From positions 15,720 through 79,719 of the forward strand of contig CAWBJJ010000008.1 of assembly GCA_963789135.1 (NCBI GenBank): 64,000 bases of DNA, read 5' to 3'. Under the pieces are notes generated by a model, which was given only the letters and a program-made list of their open reading frames with translations, did not search any database and was not told the DNA's origin. Positions within the stretch are counted from its first letter, which is position 1. Each line of letters starts with the position of its first letter. This document shows, piece by piece, positions 9,797 through 20,076 of the stretch. The position numbers and the translations under genes were made by a program. The stretch comes from an uncultured Acidobacteriota bacterium. Its GTDB lineage: Bacteria > Actinomycetota > Acidimicrobiia > Spongiisociales > ZC4RG35.

Positions 9797-10288
9797 CTAA
9801 AGCCCGGGCACCGCTTCCACGTACGGCTGCTCGGCCACCGCACCGGTGACGGCGTCGACGACGACCAGGGCGCGCTGATCCGGAGGCTCGCTGGCGGAGT
9901 AGAGGACCACACTCCACCGGGGCACCGAGCGGATGCCTTTGAAGGTCACAGCCGCCGACGCGTGACCGACCGGAAAGTCGACCGCCGATCCGGCGATGCT
10001 CAAAGCCGCGTGCTCGTCGACGTTCAAAGGCCAGGATGAGGCGAACTGCCAGATGGAGAGTGCGACGAAGCCGATGGCAGGGATCCAGCCCCCGTCGATC
10101 AGGAGCAAGGAAAGGGCGGCACCGACGAGGTACACCCAACCTGAGATGCGGCGCCGGGTGGGGGACGGAAAGCGGTAAGGGCCAACCTGATTGGAGTCGA
10201 GCTCGTCCTCGATGGCGACCGAGTCGGCCAGGTCGCGCTCGATGAAGATCCCCTCCCGGTCGACGCGCCGGGGGTCTGGCTCGCTCAT
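9797..10288 (-). CDS. hypothetical membrane protein
   Basis: 163 aa, two predicted TM helices; ATGA overlap with thrS stop suggests co-transcription. Confidence 0.5.
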   Translation of the reverse strand: MSEPDPRRVDREGIFIERDLADSVAIEDELDSNQVGPYRFPSPTRRRISGWVYLVGAALSLLLIDGGWIPAIGFVALSIWQFASSWPLNVDEHAALSIAGSAVDFPVGHASAAVTFKGIRSVPRWSVVLYSASEPPDQRALVVVDAVTGAVAEQPYVEAVPGL

Positions 10289-12219
10289 TTCGCCGGCCGG
10301 GCCGCCAGATCGACGAGCCGGTTGGTGGCCTCGATGACGTCGACCCCACGAGCGTCCCGCTCCTCCCCGTAGAGCCGCAGGCCGACAGTCGAATCCTGGA
10401 TGTCCTGATCGCCGACGACCACCACCGCCGGGTGCTTCTGGCTGAGCGCACGGCGGATCTTCTCGCCAACCGTCTCCTCGCTCTCATCGATTTCGACGCG
10501 GAGGCCGGCATCTGTCATCCGGGCCCCCACCGACAGGGCGTACTCGAGATGACGGTCTGCCACCGGGATCACCGACACCTGGACCGGCGCCAGCCATGCC
10601 GGGAATGCGCCGGCGTAATGCTCGACGAGCACGCCCATGAACCGCTCCAGCGAGCCGGCCTTGGCACAGTGGATCATGTACGGGCGCTCTGAAGCGTTGC
10701 CCGAGGCGGTGTACTCCAGATCGAACCGCTCGGGCAGGGTGAAGTCGAGCTGGATCGTCGAGAGCTGCCAGCGGCGCCCGATGGCGTCCTTGACGTGCAA
10801 GTCGATCTTGGGCCCATAGAACGCCCCTTCGCCCTCCGCCACCCGGTAGGCGACTCCTCGGGCCTTCAGGGAGTCCTCCAGAGCCTTCTGGCTGAACTCC
10901 CAGCGTGACTGCTCTCCCACCGACTTCTCGGGCTGGGTGCTGAGGTCGGCGTCGAACTCGGTGAACCCGAAGTCGCGGAGCCAGGTGAGGACGAAATCGA
11001 GGTGGAGGTCGAGCTCGGACGCGAGTTGGCCCTCGGTGCAGAACGTGTGCGAGTCGTCCTGGGTGAAGCCCCTGGCCCGCAACAGGCCGTGGACGACGCC
11101 TGACTTCTCGTACCGATAGACGCTGCCCAGCTCGGAGAGCCGGATCGGGAGATCGCGATAGGAGCGTCCCCGGCTCTTGTAGATGAGGACGTGAAATGGG
11201 CAGTTCATCGGCTTCACCCGGTACTCATGACCGTGGTCCAGCTCCATGCCCGGGTACATGTTCTCGGCGTAGTAGTCGAGGTGGCCCGAGGTGTGCCACA
11301 GGTCGGCTTTGGCGAGATGAGGGGTGAAGACGAAGTCGAAACCGAACCGCTCATGGAGGGCACGGCTGTGGTCTTCGATCGTCTTGCGGAGCATCCCACC
11401 TTTGGGATGCCAGATCACCAACCCCGATCCGAGGTCGGAGGGAAAGCTGAAGAGGTCGAGGTCGGGCCCGAGGCGGCGATGATCGCGCTTCTCGGCCTCC
11501 TCGATGCGTGCCAGATGCTCTTCCAGCTGGGCAGGGGTCGGCCAGGCCGTCCCGTAGATCCGCTGCAGCTGGTCACGGCTCTCGTCTCCCCGCCAGTAGG
11601 CACCGGAGCTACGCAGGAGCCTGACGGCGCGGATCTTCCCCGTGCTCGGCAGGTGAGGTCCCCTACAGAGGTCGACGAAGTCGAGATTTCGATAGACCGT
11701 CACGTCGTCGCCCCCCGCCACCTGGTCGGGATCGACGCTCTCGATTATCTCCCTCTTGAAGGGATGGCTTGCGAACAGGTCGAGGGCCTGCTCACGATTC
11801 ATCGCTTCTCGAACGAATGGCTGGTCGGCGGCGATGATCTCGCGCATCCGGGCCTCGATCTGCTCCAGGTCCTCGGGAGTGAACGGGCGGTCGACTTTGA
11901 AGTCGTAGTAGAAGCCGTCTTCGATGGCGGGACCGATGGCGAACGTGGAGCCATCGAACAAGCCGAGAACGGCCTGGGCCAGGACGTGGGCAGACGAGTG
12001 GCGGAGGACGTCGAGCCCTTCGGGGGAATCGAGGGTGATCACCGCGAATTCACCGTCGTCTTCGATGGGACGGGCCAAATCGATCAATTGCCCATTGAGT
12101 TTTGCCGCCACCGCGGCACGCGCCAGCCCGGGGCCGATCGAGGCGGCGACCTCGCTCGCGGTCACCCCTTCGGGGTGCTCCACGGCCTTCCCATCCGGAT
12201 AATGAAGCTCTACTGGCAC
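10285..12219 (-). CDS. thrS: threonine--tRNA ligase
   Basis: TGS domain, class II aaRS motifs, anticodon-binding domain; listed ORF begins with TTG at 12294 but GTG at 12217-12219 (VPVELHYPDGKAVE) fits ThrS N-terminus. Confidence 0.9.
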   Translation of the reverse strand: MPVELHYPDGKAVEHPEGVTASEVAASIGPGLARAAVAAKLNGQLIDLARPIEDDGEFAVITLDSPEGLDVLRHSSAHVLAQAVLGLFDGSTFAIGPAIEDGFYYDFKVDRPFTPEDLEQIEARMREIIAADQPFVREAMNREQALDLFASHPFKREIIESVDPDQVAGGDDVTVYRNLDFVDLCRGPHLPSTGKIRAVRLLRSSGAYWRGDESRDQLQRIYGTAWPTPAQLEEHLARIEEAEKRDHRRLGPDLDLFSFPSDLGSGLVIWHPKGGMLRKTIEDHSRALHERFGFDFVFTPHLAKADLWHTSGHLDYYAENMYPGMELDHGHEYRVKPMNCPFHVLIYKSRGRSYRDLPIRLSELGSVYRYEKSGVVHGLLRARGFTQDDSHTFCTEGQLASELDLHLDFVLTWLRDFGFTEFDADLSTQPEKSVGEQSRWEFSQKALEDSLKARGVAYRVAEGEGAFYGPKIDLHVKDAIGRRWQLSTIQLDFTLPERFDLEYTASGNASERPYMIHCAKAGSLERFMGVLVEHYAGAFPAWLAPVQVSVIPVADRHLEYALSVGARMTDAGLRVEIDESEETVGEKIRRALSQKHPAVVVVGDQDIQDSTVGLRLYGEERDARGVDVIEATNRLVDLAARPAK

Positions 12220-12310
12220 AAGGATTATCTCGCTAGCCTGACCCGGGGCAGAGGCTAACTGCCTGTCGGAGCAGTCTGATCGGTCGCAGAGCAACGAGGG
12301 GTTTCAGGGT

Positions 12311-13141
12311 ATGGATGCACGAGAGCTGGTCACGAGCCTCAACCTGAATGGGACCGTCCGAGAGCTTTCGTCCGGAGCCAACAAGCTGTTTCGGCTCCTC
12401 GAGACCGAGAACGCGAGCACGATCGTCAAGGTTTACCCGGTCGCATCCCGGGAGCGTCGTGAGCGCCACGCCCTCGAAGCCCTGAGCGCGGCGCCCTCGG
12501 TGCCCCGCATCCTCGGCCATGGAGTCGCGGGCGAGCAGGCCTGGCTCCAGATGACCGACGGTGGCCATTGGAATCTCTCCAGCCTCCCCAAGAACATCGA
12601 TGCCGTGCAGGCATCCGGTGTCGCTTTGCGTGCCATCCACACTTCTGGAGCCCAGATCACGAACCTGGCTGCCGGGATCGACGCCGATTACGTGCTCAGC
12701 CACTATCGGTCGACGATCGAGCGGCTGGGCCGCTACCGCCGTCGCTTCGGCATGGAGCAGGTAGTGCTCGACAAGGCGCTCGAGATGGAGCCACCACTGG
12801 CCACGACACCGGTGCCGGCGCATACCAAGCCCATGCTCTCCAAGTTCGTCATCGACGAGGAGGGCAATGTGACCATCGTCGACTGGGAGTGGGCAACGCT
12901 GGCCCCTTCGGAGTGGGACCTGACCCTCACGGTCTGGCAACTCGCCCGCAGCATCGGGGAGGACGCGGCTGCAGCCTTCCGTACCGGCTACGGGGCGGAA
13001 TTGCCCGAGAGCCGCTACCGCCCCTGGGTCGCCTATCACTCGGCAATGATGATGCTCGAGGCTGCCGAGGTGCGAGAGGGCAGGCTGGGAAGCCTGCAGT
13101 ACCTGGTTGACGACCTCACCGAGGCCGTCATCGGCACCTGA
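12311..13141 (+). CDS. aminoglycoside phosphotransferase (APH) family / protein-kinase-like fold protein
   Basis: ...VTIVDWEWATLAPSEWDLTLTVW... APH-type catalytic loop. Confidence 0.7.
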   Translation: MDARELVTSLNLNGTVRELSSGANKLFRLLETENASTIVKVYPVASRERRERHALEALSAAPSVPRILGHGVAGEQAWLQMTDGGHWNLSSLPKNIDAVQASGVALRAIHTSGAQITNLAAGIDADYVLSHYRSTIERLGRYRRRFGMEQVVLDKALEMEPPLATTPVPAHTKPMLSKFVIDEEGNVTIVDWEWATLAPSEWDLTLTVWQLARSIGEDAAAAFRTGYGAELPESRYRPWVAYHSAMMMLEAAEVREGRLGSLQYLVDDLTEAVIGT

Positions 13142-13210
13142 TCCCAAATCCGCGAAATCTGTCGCTACCCGACTTAGCCTCTCATTCGCTGAGGCAAGGA
13201 GGACGGACAG

Positions 13211-13420
13211 ATGTTCGAAGTATTGGTCGCGGCCACCGCAACCACGGGTCTGTTCGCTCTTGCAAAGGGGATAAGGGGTAACCACCAATACCGGATCGAT
13301 CCACTATTGGTGATGACTCCACGGGACGAGCGGGGCGACGATCTGCCATGCCCATGGTGTTATGGGCCGACGAAGGAGGAGGACCCACGCTGCCCAGGCT
13401 GCGGAACTTCCTTCGGGTGA
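13211..13420 (+). CDS. small zinc-ribbon protein
   Basis: 69 aa with CPWC...CPGC pair; strong SD AAGGAGG 7 nt upstream of ATG. Confidence 0.4.
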   Translation: MFEVLVAATATTGLFALAKGIRGNHQYRIDPLLVMTPRDERGDDLPCPWCYGPTKEEDPRCPGCGTSFG

Positions 13421-13472
13421 GCCACTCAAGGCAAGGTACCTAAAAGGCCGATCAACATCCTATGGTGGCCTC

Positions 13473-14451
13473 GTGAACAGGGTAGGCCTGGTCCTCGGGG
13501 GTGGGGGCATTACCGGCGCCGCATATGAGATGGCAGCGCTGATGACGATCCGCCTCGCCACCGGATGGGAGCCCAACGACTCCTCGGTGGTGGTGGGCAC
13601 TTCGGGGGGTTCCTTTGTCGCTGCCCTGGTCCGCAACGACGCCCTGTCCCTCGACTCCCTGGTCCGCCCCAACGACGACCGCGAGGCGGTGACCGAACGG
13701 ATCCGTCGCCACGTCTTCACCAAGGATCCCGGAGTCCACGTCCGAAAGTGGCTGCGTCACGGGATCGTGCCCGGGATCAGGAATCCTGGGGTCACCCTTT
13801 TCCTGGGATCGCCCGCTCCTTATCACGCTGTCCGGGATCGCAGAGTGGGTGAGCACCCAGGTCGGTGAGGAAAACGCCGCCGGGTGGCCCACACGACCGA
13901 CAGCCGTAGTGGCTTACGACGTGATGAACCGGAAGCGAACGATCTTCGGCACGTCAACGGCCCCCGAGGTGGGACTGGCCGATGCTGTTGCCGCCTCATC
14001 GGCAATCCCGGTGGTTTTCCGGCCTTATCCGATCGCCGACAGCCTCTATGTGGATGGAGGGGTGGCATCGGGAACCCATGCCGACCTCGTCCTCGGCTCC
14101 GCCCGCCCCCTCGACCTGGTGCTGGTCCTGGCCCCGATGGCCGCAGAGACGCAGCGGATGCGGGCCCGCTTCCACGAGAAGATGTTCGACCGGGTGGGGC
14201 AAAGATCGCTGGCCGGTGAGGTCCGGCTCATCAAGGACGCATGGCCGGACAGCGAGGTGGTGGTGCTCAGCCCATCGCCGTCGGTGCAGAACGCAATGCG
14301 ACCCAACCCGATGGACGCTTCGCGCGCAGTCGCCACCTTCACCCGAACCCTGATTTCGATGAAGAGGACGCTGGCCCGGCCAGAGATCTGGGAGGTGCTC
14401 GAGGGCCACCTCAGCCGGAAGGTGCGAGCACGGAGCAGCGCTTCGCGCTAA
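13473..14451 (+). pseudogene. patatin-like phospholipase, interrupted by a single-base frameshift
   Basis: GLVLGGGGITGAAYE (GxGxxG) and VGTSGGSFVAAL (GxSxG) in frame 0; DGGVASGTHADL (catalytic Asp DGG) in frame 1 (13849..14451); shift near CTTTTCC 13795-13805; start uncertain (GTG 13473 or upstream). Confidence 0.7.
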
Positions 14452-14512
14452 ATCGGTTGCGTTATCGACTGATCCCTCTACTTTCTAACCACACCCGATA
14501 GGAGAGCCTCTA

Positions 14513-14872
14513 ATGGCGGTCCGCCCCACCCACTTCGAGTTCTACTCAGCCGATCCGGCGGCGACCGTCGACTTTCTGGTTAGAGCATTCGGCTGGAGAG
14601 CCGAGCAATGGGGCGACCAGGAATACTGGCTGCTGGAGACCGGGGAGGGGCCCGGGATCAACGGTGCGGTGGCTCGGGCCGGCGAAGACGGCCCCAAGAC
14701 GATGACTACCTGTGACGTGGAAGACCTCGACGCCGCGATCCAGGCGGTGGAGATCAGTGGTGGGAAACTTCTGACCGACGTGATGGAGTTTCCAGAGGTC
14801 GGGCGCTGGGTTGAGGTCGAAGGCCCGGGCGGCGAGGTGTTCGGCCTGATGGAGCCGGCGCACCGGACCTGA
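14513..14872 (+). CDS. VOC (glyoxalase-like) family protein
   Basis: 119 aa; AGGAGA SD; glyoxalase-like beta-alpha-beta-beta-beta module. Confidence 0.7.
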   Translation: MAVRPTHFEFYSADPAATVDFLVRAFGWRAEQWGDQEYWLLETGEGPGINGAVARAGEDGPKTMTTCDVEDLDAAIQAVEISGGKLLTDVMEFPEVGRWVEVEGPGGEVFGLMEPAHRT

Positions 14873-15859
14873 TCAGCCCACCGACCCCGGGTCGGTGTTC
14901 GCTCCAGATACCACGACCATGACGCTCTCTCCTGGCTTCGGCTTGTAGGCGCCGGTGGCCAGGGCGGCCAGAGGCGCCGCTGCTGCAGGCTCGGCGACCA
15001 GACGAGCTGCCTTCCAGAGCCAACTCATCGCCTCCATGACCGATCCCTCGTCGACCAGGACCGCGTCGTCGATCCATCGATTGGCGAACCATGCGTGTTC
15101 TCCGATGCGCGAGGCTCCCATCGCCGACGCAGCAATCCCTCCCACTTGGACCTCGACCGGCTGACCACTCTGCCGGGCTCGAAACAGGGTGGGGCACTGT
15201 TCTGTTTCGACTCCGATCAATCTGACGTCGTCTCTCACCCAACTGGCGATGCCCCCGATCAACCCTCCTCCACCGACCGCGACCAGGACGGTGTCGACGC
15301 CGGGGAGGTCCTCTGTCACCTCCAGAGCACAGGTGCCCTGACCGGCAACCACAGCCGCCTGGTCGTATGCGTGTGCTTGGAACGCACCGGACTGACTGGA
15401 CCAGGCAGTAGCGGCCGCCAGGGCCTCCGGATAGTGGCCGGGCACGACCCGCACTTCGGCACCGAACGCAGCGATGCCTTCCAGCTTCGCCGAGGGCGAC
15501 GTCTCGGGAACGAAGACCACCGCTGCCAGACCGAGCTCCCCCGCAGCGCGGGCTACGGCCAGACCGAAGTTGCCCCCTGAAGCGGCGACCACCCCGGCTT
15601 TCGGAACGTCGATCGAGGTGAGAAGGGAGAAAGCACCTCGGACCTTGAACGAGCCCGTGGGCTGCATCGATTCCAGCTTGAGGTGGAGGGCATACCCATC
15701 GGAGGGACCTTGGCCGATATGGACCGAAGGCGTCCGTCGCACATGTGACTGGATGCGCCGGGCGGCGGCCTCGATGTCCTCGCGAGTGACTTCCAGGGAC
15801 ACCCCGCCAGCGTAGGGCGACCCGACTGTGGAACCAGCGCCGGCTCCGGCTCGTTTCAC
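14873..15859 (-). CDS. PLP-dependent threonine/serine dehydratase (threonine ammonia-lyase family)
   Basis: ...LKLESMQPTGSFKVRGAF... PLP lysine motif; GGGGLIGG glycine loop; start may be internal GTG. Confidence 0.8.
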   Translation of the reverse strand: MKRAGAGAGSTVGSPYAGGVSLEVTREDIEAAARRIQSHVRRTPSVHIGQGPSDGYALHLKLESMQPTGSFKVRGAFSLLTSIDVPKAGVVAASGGNFGLAVARAAGELGLAAVVFVPETSPSAKLEGIAAFGAEVRVVPGHYPEALAAATAWSSQSGAFQAHAYDQAAVVAGQGTCALEVTEDLPGVDTVLVAVGGGGLIGGIASWVRDDVRLIGVETEQCPTLFRARQSGQPVEVQVGGIAASAMGASRIGEHAWFANRWIDDAVLVDEGSVMEAMSWLWKAARLVAEPAAAAPLAALATGAYKPKPGESVMVVVSGANTDPGSVG

Positions 15860-15863
15860 CCGA

Positions 15864-17315
15864 ATGGAAGGCGGGGCGACAGGGAGGCGATCCCCGCTGC
15901 TGTACGCCTCGGCTTCCGCTGCGGTGCCCGGCTGGGGTCAGATCGGTTTGGGCCGGAAGCGCATGGGAGCAGCCCTGATCAGCTCCAGCCTGGTGGTGGT
16001 CGCAAGCGGGGTCACCGTTGGCCTGGCCGAAGGCTGGCTGACGGTCGTCGGATGGCTGTTCGACCCCGACTTCCTGCTCGCCCTGGTCATCGTCAACTTC
16101 TTCATCGCATTCATCCGGGTTTGGGCCACCGGAGATGCCTGGATCGCGGCCGGTGGCGGGATCAAGCGTGTCGGTCTCGTCGTGCTGATTCTGATGGTCG
16201 CCCTCCCCCACACCGTTCTCGGCTATTACGGGTTGAGGAGCCGGGCCACTATCAACGCGGTGTTTGCCTCGGTGCCGGACATCGGGTCGGGCTCGACGGT
16301 GCAGACCACGACGACCGTTGCCTCGACTACGACCACGGTTGCTGTCACCAACCCGCTCCCGAGCCTCTTCGGGCGCGAGGCCCTCTACCCGGCGCTCACC
16401 GCACCCACGACCACGATCGCAACCACCACGACTACCACGCTCCTGATGGGTGCGGAGCGGGTGACCATACTTCTCCTCGGAGGCGACGCTGGACCTGGCC
16501 GGGGCGGGCTCCGGACCGACACCGTCATAGTGGCCTCGATCGACACCAGGACGGGGGACGCCGCTCTCTTCGGGCTCCCCCGGAACATGACCGGCTTCAC
16601 CTTCTCAGATGGCACTCCGTTTCCCGGGCTTGGCAAGGGGATGCTCAACGAGGTGTATCCCTGGGGTCGGCGCAACCCAGATGCTTTCGCCGGAGTCGAC
16701 CCTGGCGCTTCGGCGGTCAAAGACGTCGCCGCCCACCTCCTGGGGATCCCGATCGACTACTTCATCCTGGTGGAGATGGCCGGATTCGCGAGCCTCGTCG
16801 ACGTTCTGGGTGGGGTCACAGTGATGGTGCCCAGGGACATCGCCGCTCCTGTCTACGACCGGGAAGACGGCAGTTATGTCATGACGCGGATCCCGGCGGG
16901 AGCTCAGGACCTCGATGGGGATCTTGCACTCGCCTACGCCCGCAGCCGGACCGGGAGCAACGACTACTCGCGGATGGCTCGCCAACGGTGCCTGCTGGCT
17001 GCGGTTGCCGACCAGGCCGACCCGCTGAGCCTGCTCGCAGGGCTGGGCGGGCTGCTGGAGGCGATCGAGCGGAACGTGACCACCGACATCACCCCGGAGC
17101 AGATACCCGACCTGATCAATCTGGCGCCGCTCCTGGCATCGGAGCGGGTGCTGGTGGTCGGCTTCGATCGGGGCTTTAGGATCGGCCCGGTGTCAGAAGG
17201 TGCTGCCCGGCCGGACGTCGAGAAGATCCGAGCCACGGTGCAACAAGCGATCACCGATCCCGCCTCTCTCGATCCGGGACAGGGGGTCGCGATCGCATCT
17301 GAGGCTTGCGGTTGA
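15864..17315 (+). CDS. LCP family (LytR-CpsA-Psr) cell-envelope phosphotransferase
   Basis: N-terminal TM, Thr-rich linker (TTTTVASTTTTVAV...TTTIATTTTTT), LytR_cpsA_psr domain ...RTDTVIVASID...GLPRNMTG... Confidence 0.8.
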   Translation: MEGGATGRRSPLLYASASAAVPGWGQIGLGRKRMGAALISSSLVVVASGVTVGLAEGWLTVVGWLFDPDFLLALVIVNFFIAFIRVWATGDAWIAAGGGIKRVGLVVLILMVALPHTVLGYYGLRSRATINAVFASVPDIGSGSTVQTTTTVASTTTTVAVTNPLPSLFGREALYPALTAPTTTIATTTTTTLLMGAERVTILLLGGDAGPGRGGLRTDTVIVASIDTRTGDAALFGLPRNMTGFTFSDGTPFPGLGKGMLNEVYPWGRRNPDAFAGVDPGASAVKDVAAHLLGIPIDYFILVEMAGFASLVDVLGGVTVMVPRDIAAPVYDREDGSYVMTRIPAGAQDLDGDLALAYARSRTGSNDYSRMARQRCLLAAVADQADPLSLLAGLGGLLEAIERNVTTDITPEQIPDLINLAPLLASERVLVVGFDRGFRIGPVSEGAARPDVEKIRATVQQAITDPASLDPGQGVAIASEACG

Positions 17316-18604
17316 CGGTTCCATTGGACCTGGGCCCCTATCCAGACGCCGATGGGCACGACGACGCGATTCGCCATGACGACGAGGACTCTCTGGCCGG
17401 GTGGCGAGAGCATTTCGCGTTTCCCGACCCCGACCTGATCTATCTCGACGGCAACTCATTGGGGCGAATGCCGCTCGCCGCGGGCCACATCGTGACCGAT
17501 GTCGTGATCGAGCAGTGGGGGGATCGTCTGATTCGCTCCTGGAACGAGGGATGGTGGGATCTGCAGCTGAGGCTCGGTGACCTGTTGGCGCCAATCATCG
17601 GTGCCGGCCCCGGCGAGGTGATCATCTCCGACTCGACATCGGTGAACCTGTACAAGCTGGCGGCGGCGGCGGTCACCTCGTCGACCGACCGGCACACGAT
17701 CGTCACCGACGATCTCAACTTCCCGACCGACCTCTATGTCCTCGACGGAGTTGCCCGCAGCTTCGGGGAGGGCACTCGCCTGGTCGTGGTGGAGTCCGAT
17801 GGCGTCAACGGCCCCCTCGACGGACTCGCCGAGGCGATCGATGACGACACCGCGTTGGTCTCGCTCTCCCACACCGCCTTCAAGTCCGGGTACACCTACG
17901 ACATGTCTCAGGTCACAGCACTAGCGCATCGAGCCGGTGCCATCGCGCTCTGGGACACCAGTCACTCCGTTGGCGCGGTCCCGGTCGAATTGGCGGCCAG
18001 CGGCGCCGATCTCGCTGTCGGTTGCACCTACAAGTACCTCAACGGCGGGCCGGGGTCGCCGGCGTTCCTCTACGTCCGGCGCCACCTGCAGGAGTCCCTG
18101 AAAAACCCGATCACCGCCTGGTGGGGCCACGCCGACCCGTTCGCCTTCGAGCCCGGGTTCCGACCGGTCGATGGGATCCGGCGATTCCACACCGGGACCA
18201 TGCCGGTGATCTCGCTGGCCGCCATCGAAGCGGGGCTTCGAGAGGTCCTCGAGGCCGGAGTGGACCGGATCAGGGCGAAGTCCAAGGCCCTGACTGGGTT
18301 TCTGGTCGACCTCTGGGAAATCCATCTCGAGCCGCTGGGTTTCGAATTGGCCTCACCCCGGGATCCAGACGCGAGAGGCTCTCACGTCGCGCTGTCCCAT
18401 CCCGATGGGTGGCCCATCGCTCGCGCCCTGATCGAGACCGCCGCGGTCTTGCCCGACTTCCGAGCCCCCGACAGCATCAGACTGGGGCTGTCACCCCTTT
18501 ACACGAGGTTCGTCGACGTCCACACGGCCGTCATGCGGACCAAACGAGTTGTGGAGACTGGTGTCCACGAACAGTTTCGCGATGTCACGATGACGGTGAC
18601 CTGA
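17306..18604 (+). CDS. kynU: kynureninase
   Basis: ...FPDPDLIYLDGNSLG... and aminotransferase class V fold; 432 aa. Confidence 0.8.
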   Translation: MRLTVPLDLGPYPDADGHDDAIRHDDEDSLAGWREHFAFPDPDLIYLDGNSLGRMPLAAGHIVTDVVIEQWGDRLIRSWNEGWWDLQLRLGDLLAPIIGAGPGEVIISDSTSVNLYKLAAAAVTSSTDRHTIVTDDLNFPTDLYVLDGVARSFGEGTRLVVVESDGVNGPLDGLAEAIDDDTALVSLSHTAFKSGYTYDMSQVTALAHRAGAIALWDTSHSVGAVPVELAASGADLAVGCTYKYLNGGPGSPAFLYVRRHLQESLKNPITAWWGHADPFAFEPGFRPVDGIRRFHTGTMPVISLAAIEAGLREVLEAGVDRIRAKSKALTGFLVDLWEIHLEPLGFELASPRDPDARGSHVALSHPDGWPIARALIETAAVLPDFRAPDSIRLGLSPLYTRFVDVHTAVMRTKRVVETGVHEQFRDVTMTVT

Positions 18605-18605
18605 A

Positions 18606-19121
18606 ATGCCGAGCATCCTCTTCCTCTGTGTGCACAACGCGGGGCGTTCGCAGATGGCTGCCGGGTGGGCGAGAAAACTCGGTGGAGATCGGATCGAGGT
18701 CTTCTCCGGCGGCAGTGAGCCGGCCGAGGGAGTCAACAAGCAAGCCGTCGAGGCAATGGCCGAGATCGGCATCGACATCGCCAACGAAGCGCCCAAGAAA
18801 TGGTCAGACCGCGAGCTGCGAGCGGCGGACGTCGTGGTCACCATGGGATGCGGCGACACCTGCCCCGTCTATCCAGGCAAGCGCTATGTCGATTGGGAGC
18901 TGGATGATCCCTCCGGGCGCTCACTCGAAGAGGTCCGAACGATTCGGGACGAGATCGAGAAGAGGGTGCGCGCCTTGCTCTCGGAGCTGCTTCCGAACCA
19001 GGCTGGATCTCGCTACCTCGACCAGACTCAGAAGTCCCTGGACCTGACCTTCGACGCTGCCGACGCATCCAAGGCCGACATCACTTTCGAGGAGAGCGAC
19101 GAGCTGTTCGACCGAGGGTGA
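18606..19121 (+). CDS. arsC: arsenate reductase / low-molecular-weight protein-tyrosine-phosphatase family (thioredoxin-coupled ArsC)
   Basis: ILFLCVHNAGRSQMAAGW CX5R P-loop; ~35-aa acidic C-terminal extension. Confidence 0.8.
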   Translation: MPSILFLCVHNAGRSQMAAGWARKLGGDRIEVFSGGSEPAEGVNKQAVEAMAEIGIDIANEAPKKWSDRELRAADVVVTMGCGDTCPVYPGKRYVDWELDDPSGRSLEEVRTIRDEIEKRVRALLSELLPNQAGSRYLDQTQKSLDLTFDAADASKADITFEESDELFDRG

Positions 19122-19178
19122 TTGCCGCCTGTCTCACGGAGTCGCAAGCGAACGGAGAAGTGCTGGTCGCGATTTCGA

Positions 19179-19256
19179 TGGTGGGCGATACTGGACTTGA
19201 ACCAGTGACCTCTCGCGTGTGAGGCGAGCGCTCTAGCCGGGCTGAGCTAATCGCCC
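19179..19256 (-). tRNA. tRNA-Val (anticodon CAC), CCA encoded
   Basis: minus-strand cloverleaf GGGCGAT..CTCGC-CTCACAC-GCGAG..ACTGG-TTCAAGT-CCAGT-ATCGCCC-A-CCA. Confidence 0.85.
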
Positions 19257-19330
19257 ATCGGAGCCGCGAGGATACCGACGGGCCCAGGGATAGTCGATCC
19301 GTGAATCGATTGTCCGCGACATCACCGTGA

Positions 19331-19684
19331 TTGAATTCACACGTGAACCGGAGAGAGTTCGAAGCGACCGTCGACCAAGTGCTCGAGGCGCTTCCGCCGT
19401 GGGTCATCGAGCAAATCGACAATCTGCATGTGGTCGTCGACGAGCACCCTCCACCCGGAGACGAAGGTCTTCTCGGACTGTATGACGGAGTCTCTTTACC
19501 GGAGCGTTCCGCCGATTATTGGGGCGCTCTTCCCGACCGGATCGTTATCTATCGCGCTCCGCACCTCGCCCTTGGCCTGAGCAACGAGGACCTCAAAGAG
19601 GAGATCCGGAGGACCGTGCTCCACGAAATCGCCCATCACATCGGGATCGACGATGACCGGCTTTCTGAGTTGGGCTGGGACTAA
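19331..19684 (+). CDS. metallopeptidase family protein (zincin-like, HEIAHH motif)
   Basis: 117 aa ...RRTVLHEIAHHIGIDDDRLSELGWD; listed start is TTG, GTG 12 nt downstream also possible. Confidence 0.65.
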   Translation: MNSHVNRREFEATVDQVLEALPPWVIEQIDNLHVVVDEHPPPGDEGLLGLYDGVSLPERSADYWGALPDRIVIYRAPHLALGLSNEDLKEEIRRTVLHEIAHHIGIDDDRLSELGWD

Positions 19685-20076
19685 CGACGCCGGGTTTCGG
19701 GGATACCGGCCTTCTTGAGCACGTTTGCCGGCACCCCGTACTGGCGCCAGGCGGTGTAGCTGATGCCTTTGCGCTCGGAATAGGCAGCGGCGTGGGCCAC
19801 GAAGTCGGACTCGAGCTGCTCGACGTTGATCGAATCTGTTGTGGCGGACAGGGCCGATTCCAGGTCGAGGCGAGACTGAAGGAGATCGATTCGCTTCAAC
19901 GGGTCATCGACCGTGTCGAGGCTTGAATTCACCTTGGCCAACCTGGTCTCGAGACTCTGTTTGGTTACCGGCCGACCCGGCTTCCTGGACTCGATTGTGT
20001 TGAGATAGGCCTTGATGGCTCTCGACTCTTTACGCCCCTTGGCCAGGGCGTCTTTGTGCTCTTGGGACATGGCCAC
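19681..20076 (-). CDS. hypothetical protein (Lys/Arg-rich, coiled-coil-like)
   Basis: 131 aa; GAGGAGG SD upstream of GTG/ATG start. Confidence 0.5.
   Translation of the reverse strand: MAMSQEHKDALAKGRKESRAIKAYLNTIESRKPGRPVTKQSLETRLAKVNSSLDTVDDPLKRIDLLQSRLDLESALSATTDSINVEQLESDFVAHAAAYSERKGISYTAWRQYGVPANVLKKAGIPETRRR

Noticed and set aside
14754-16211. 485-aa minus ORF and 16052..17179 375-aa plus ORF
   Set aside because: Arg-rich frames overlapping the threonine dehydratase and LCP genes; spurious.
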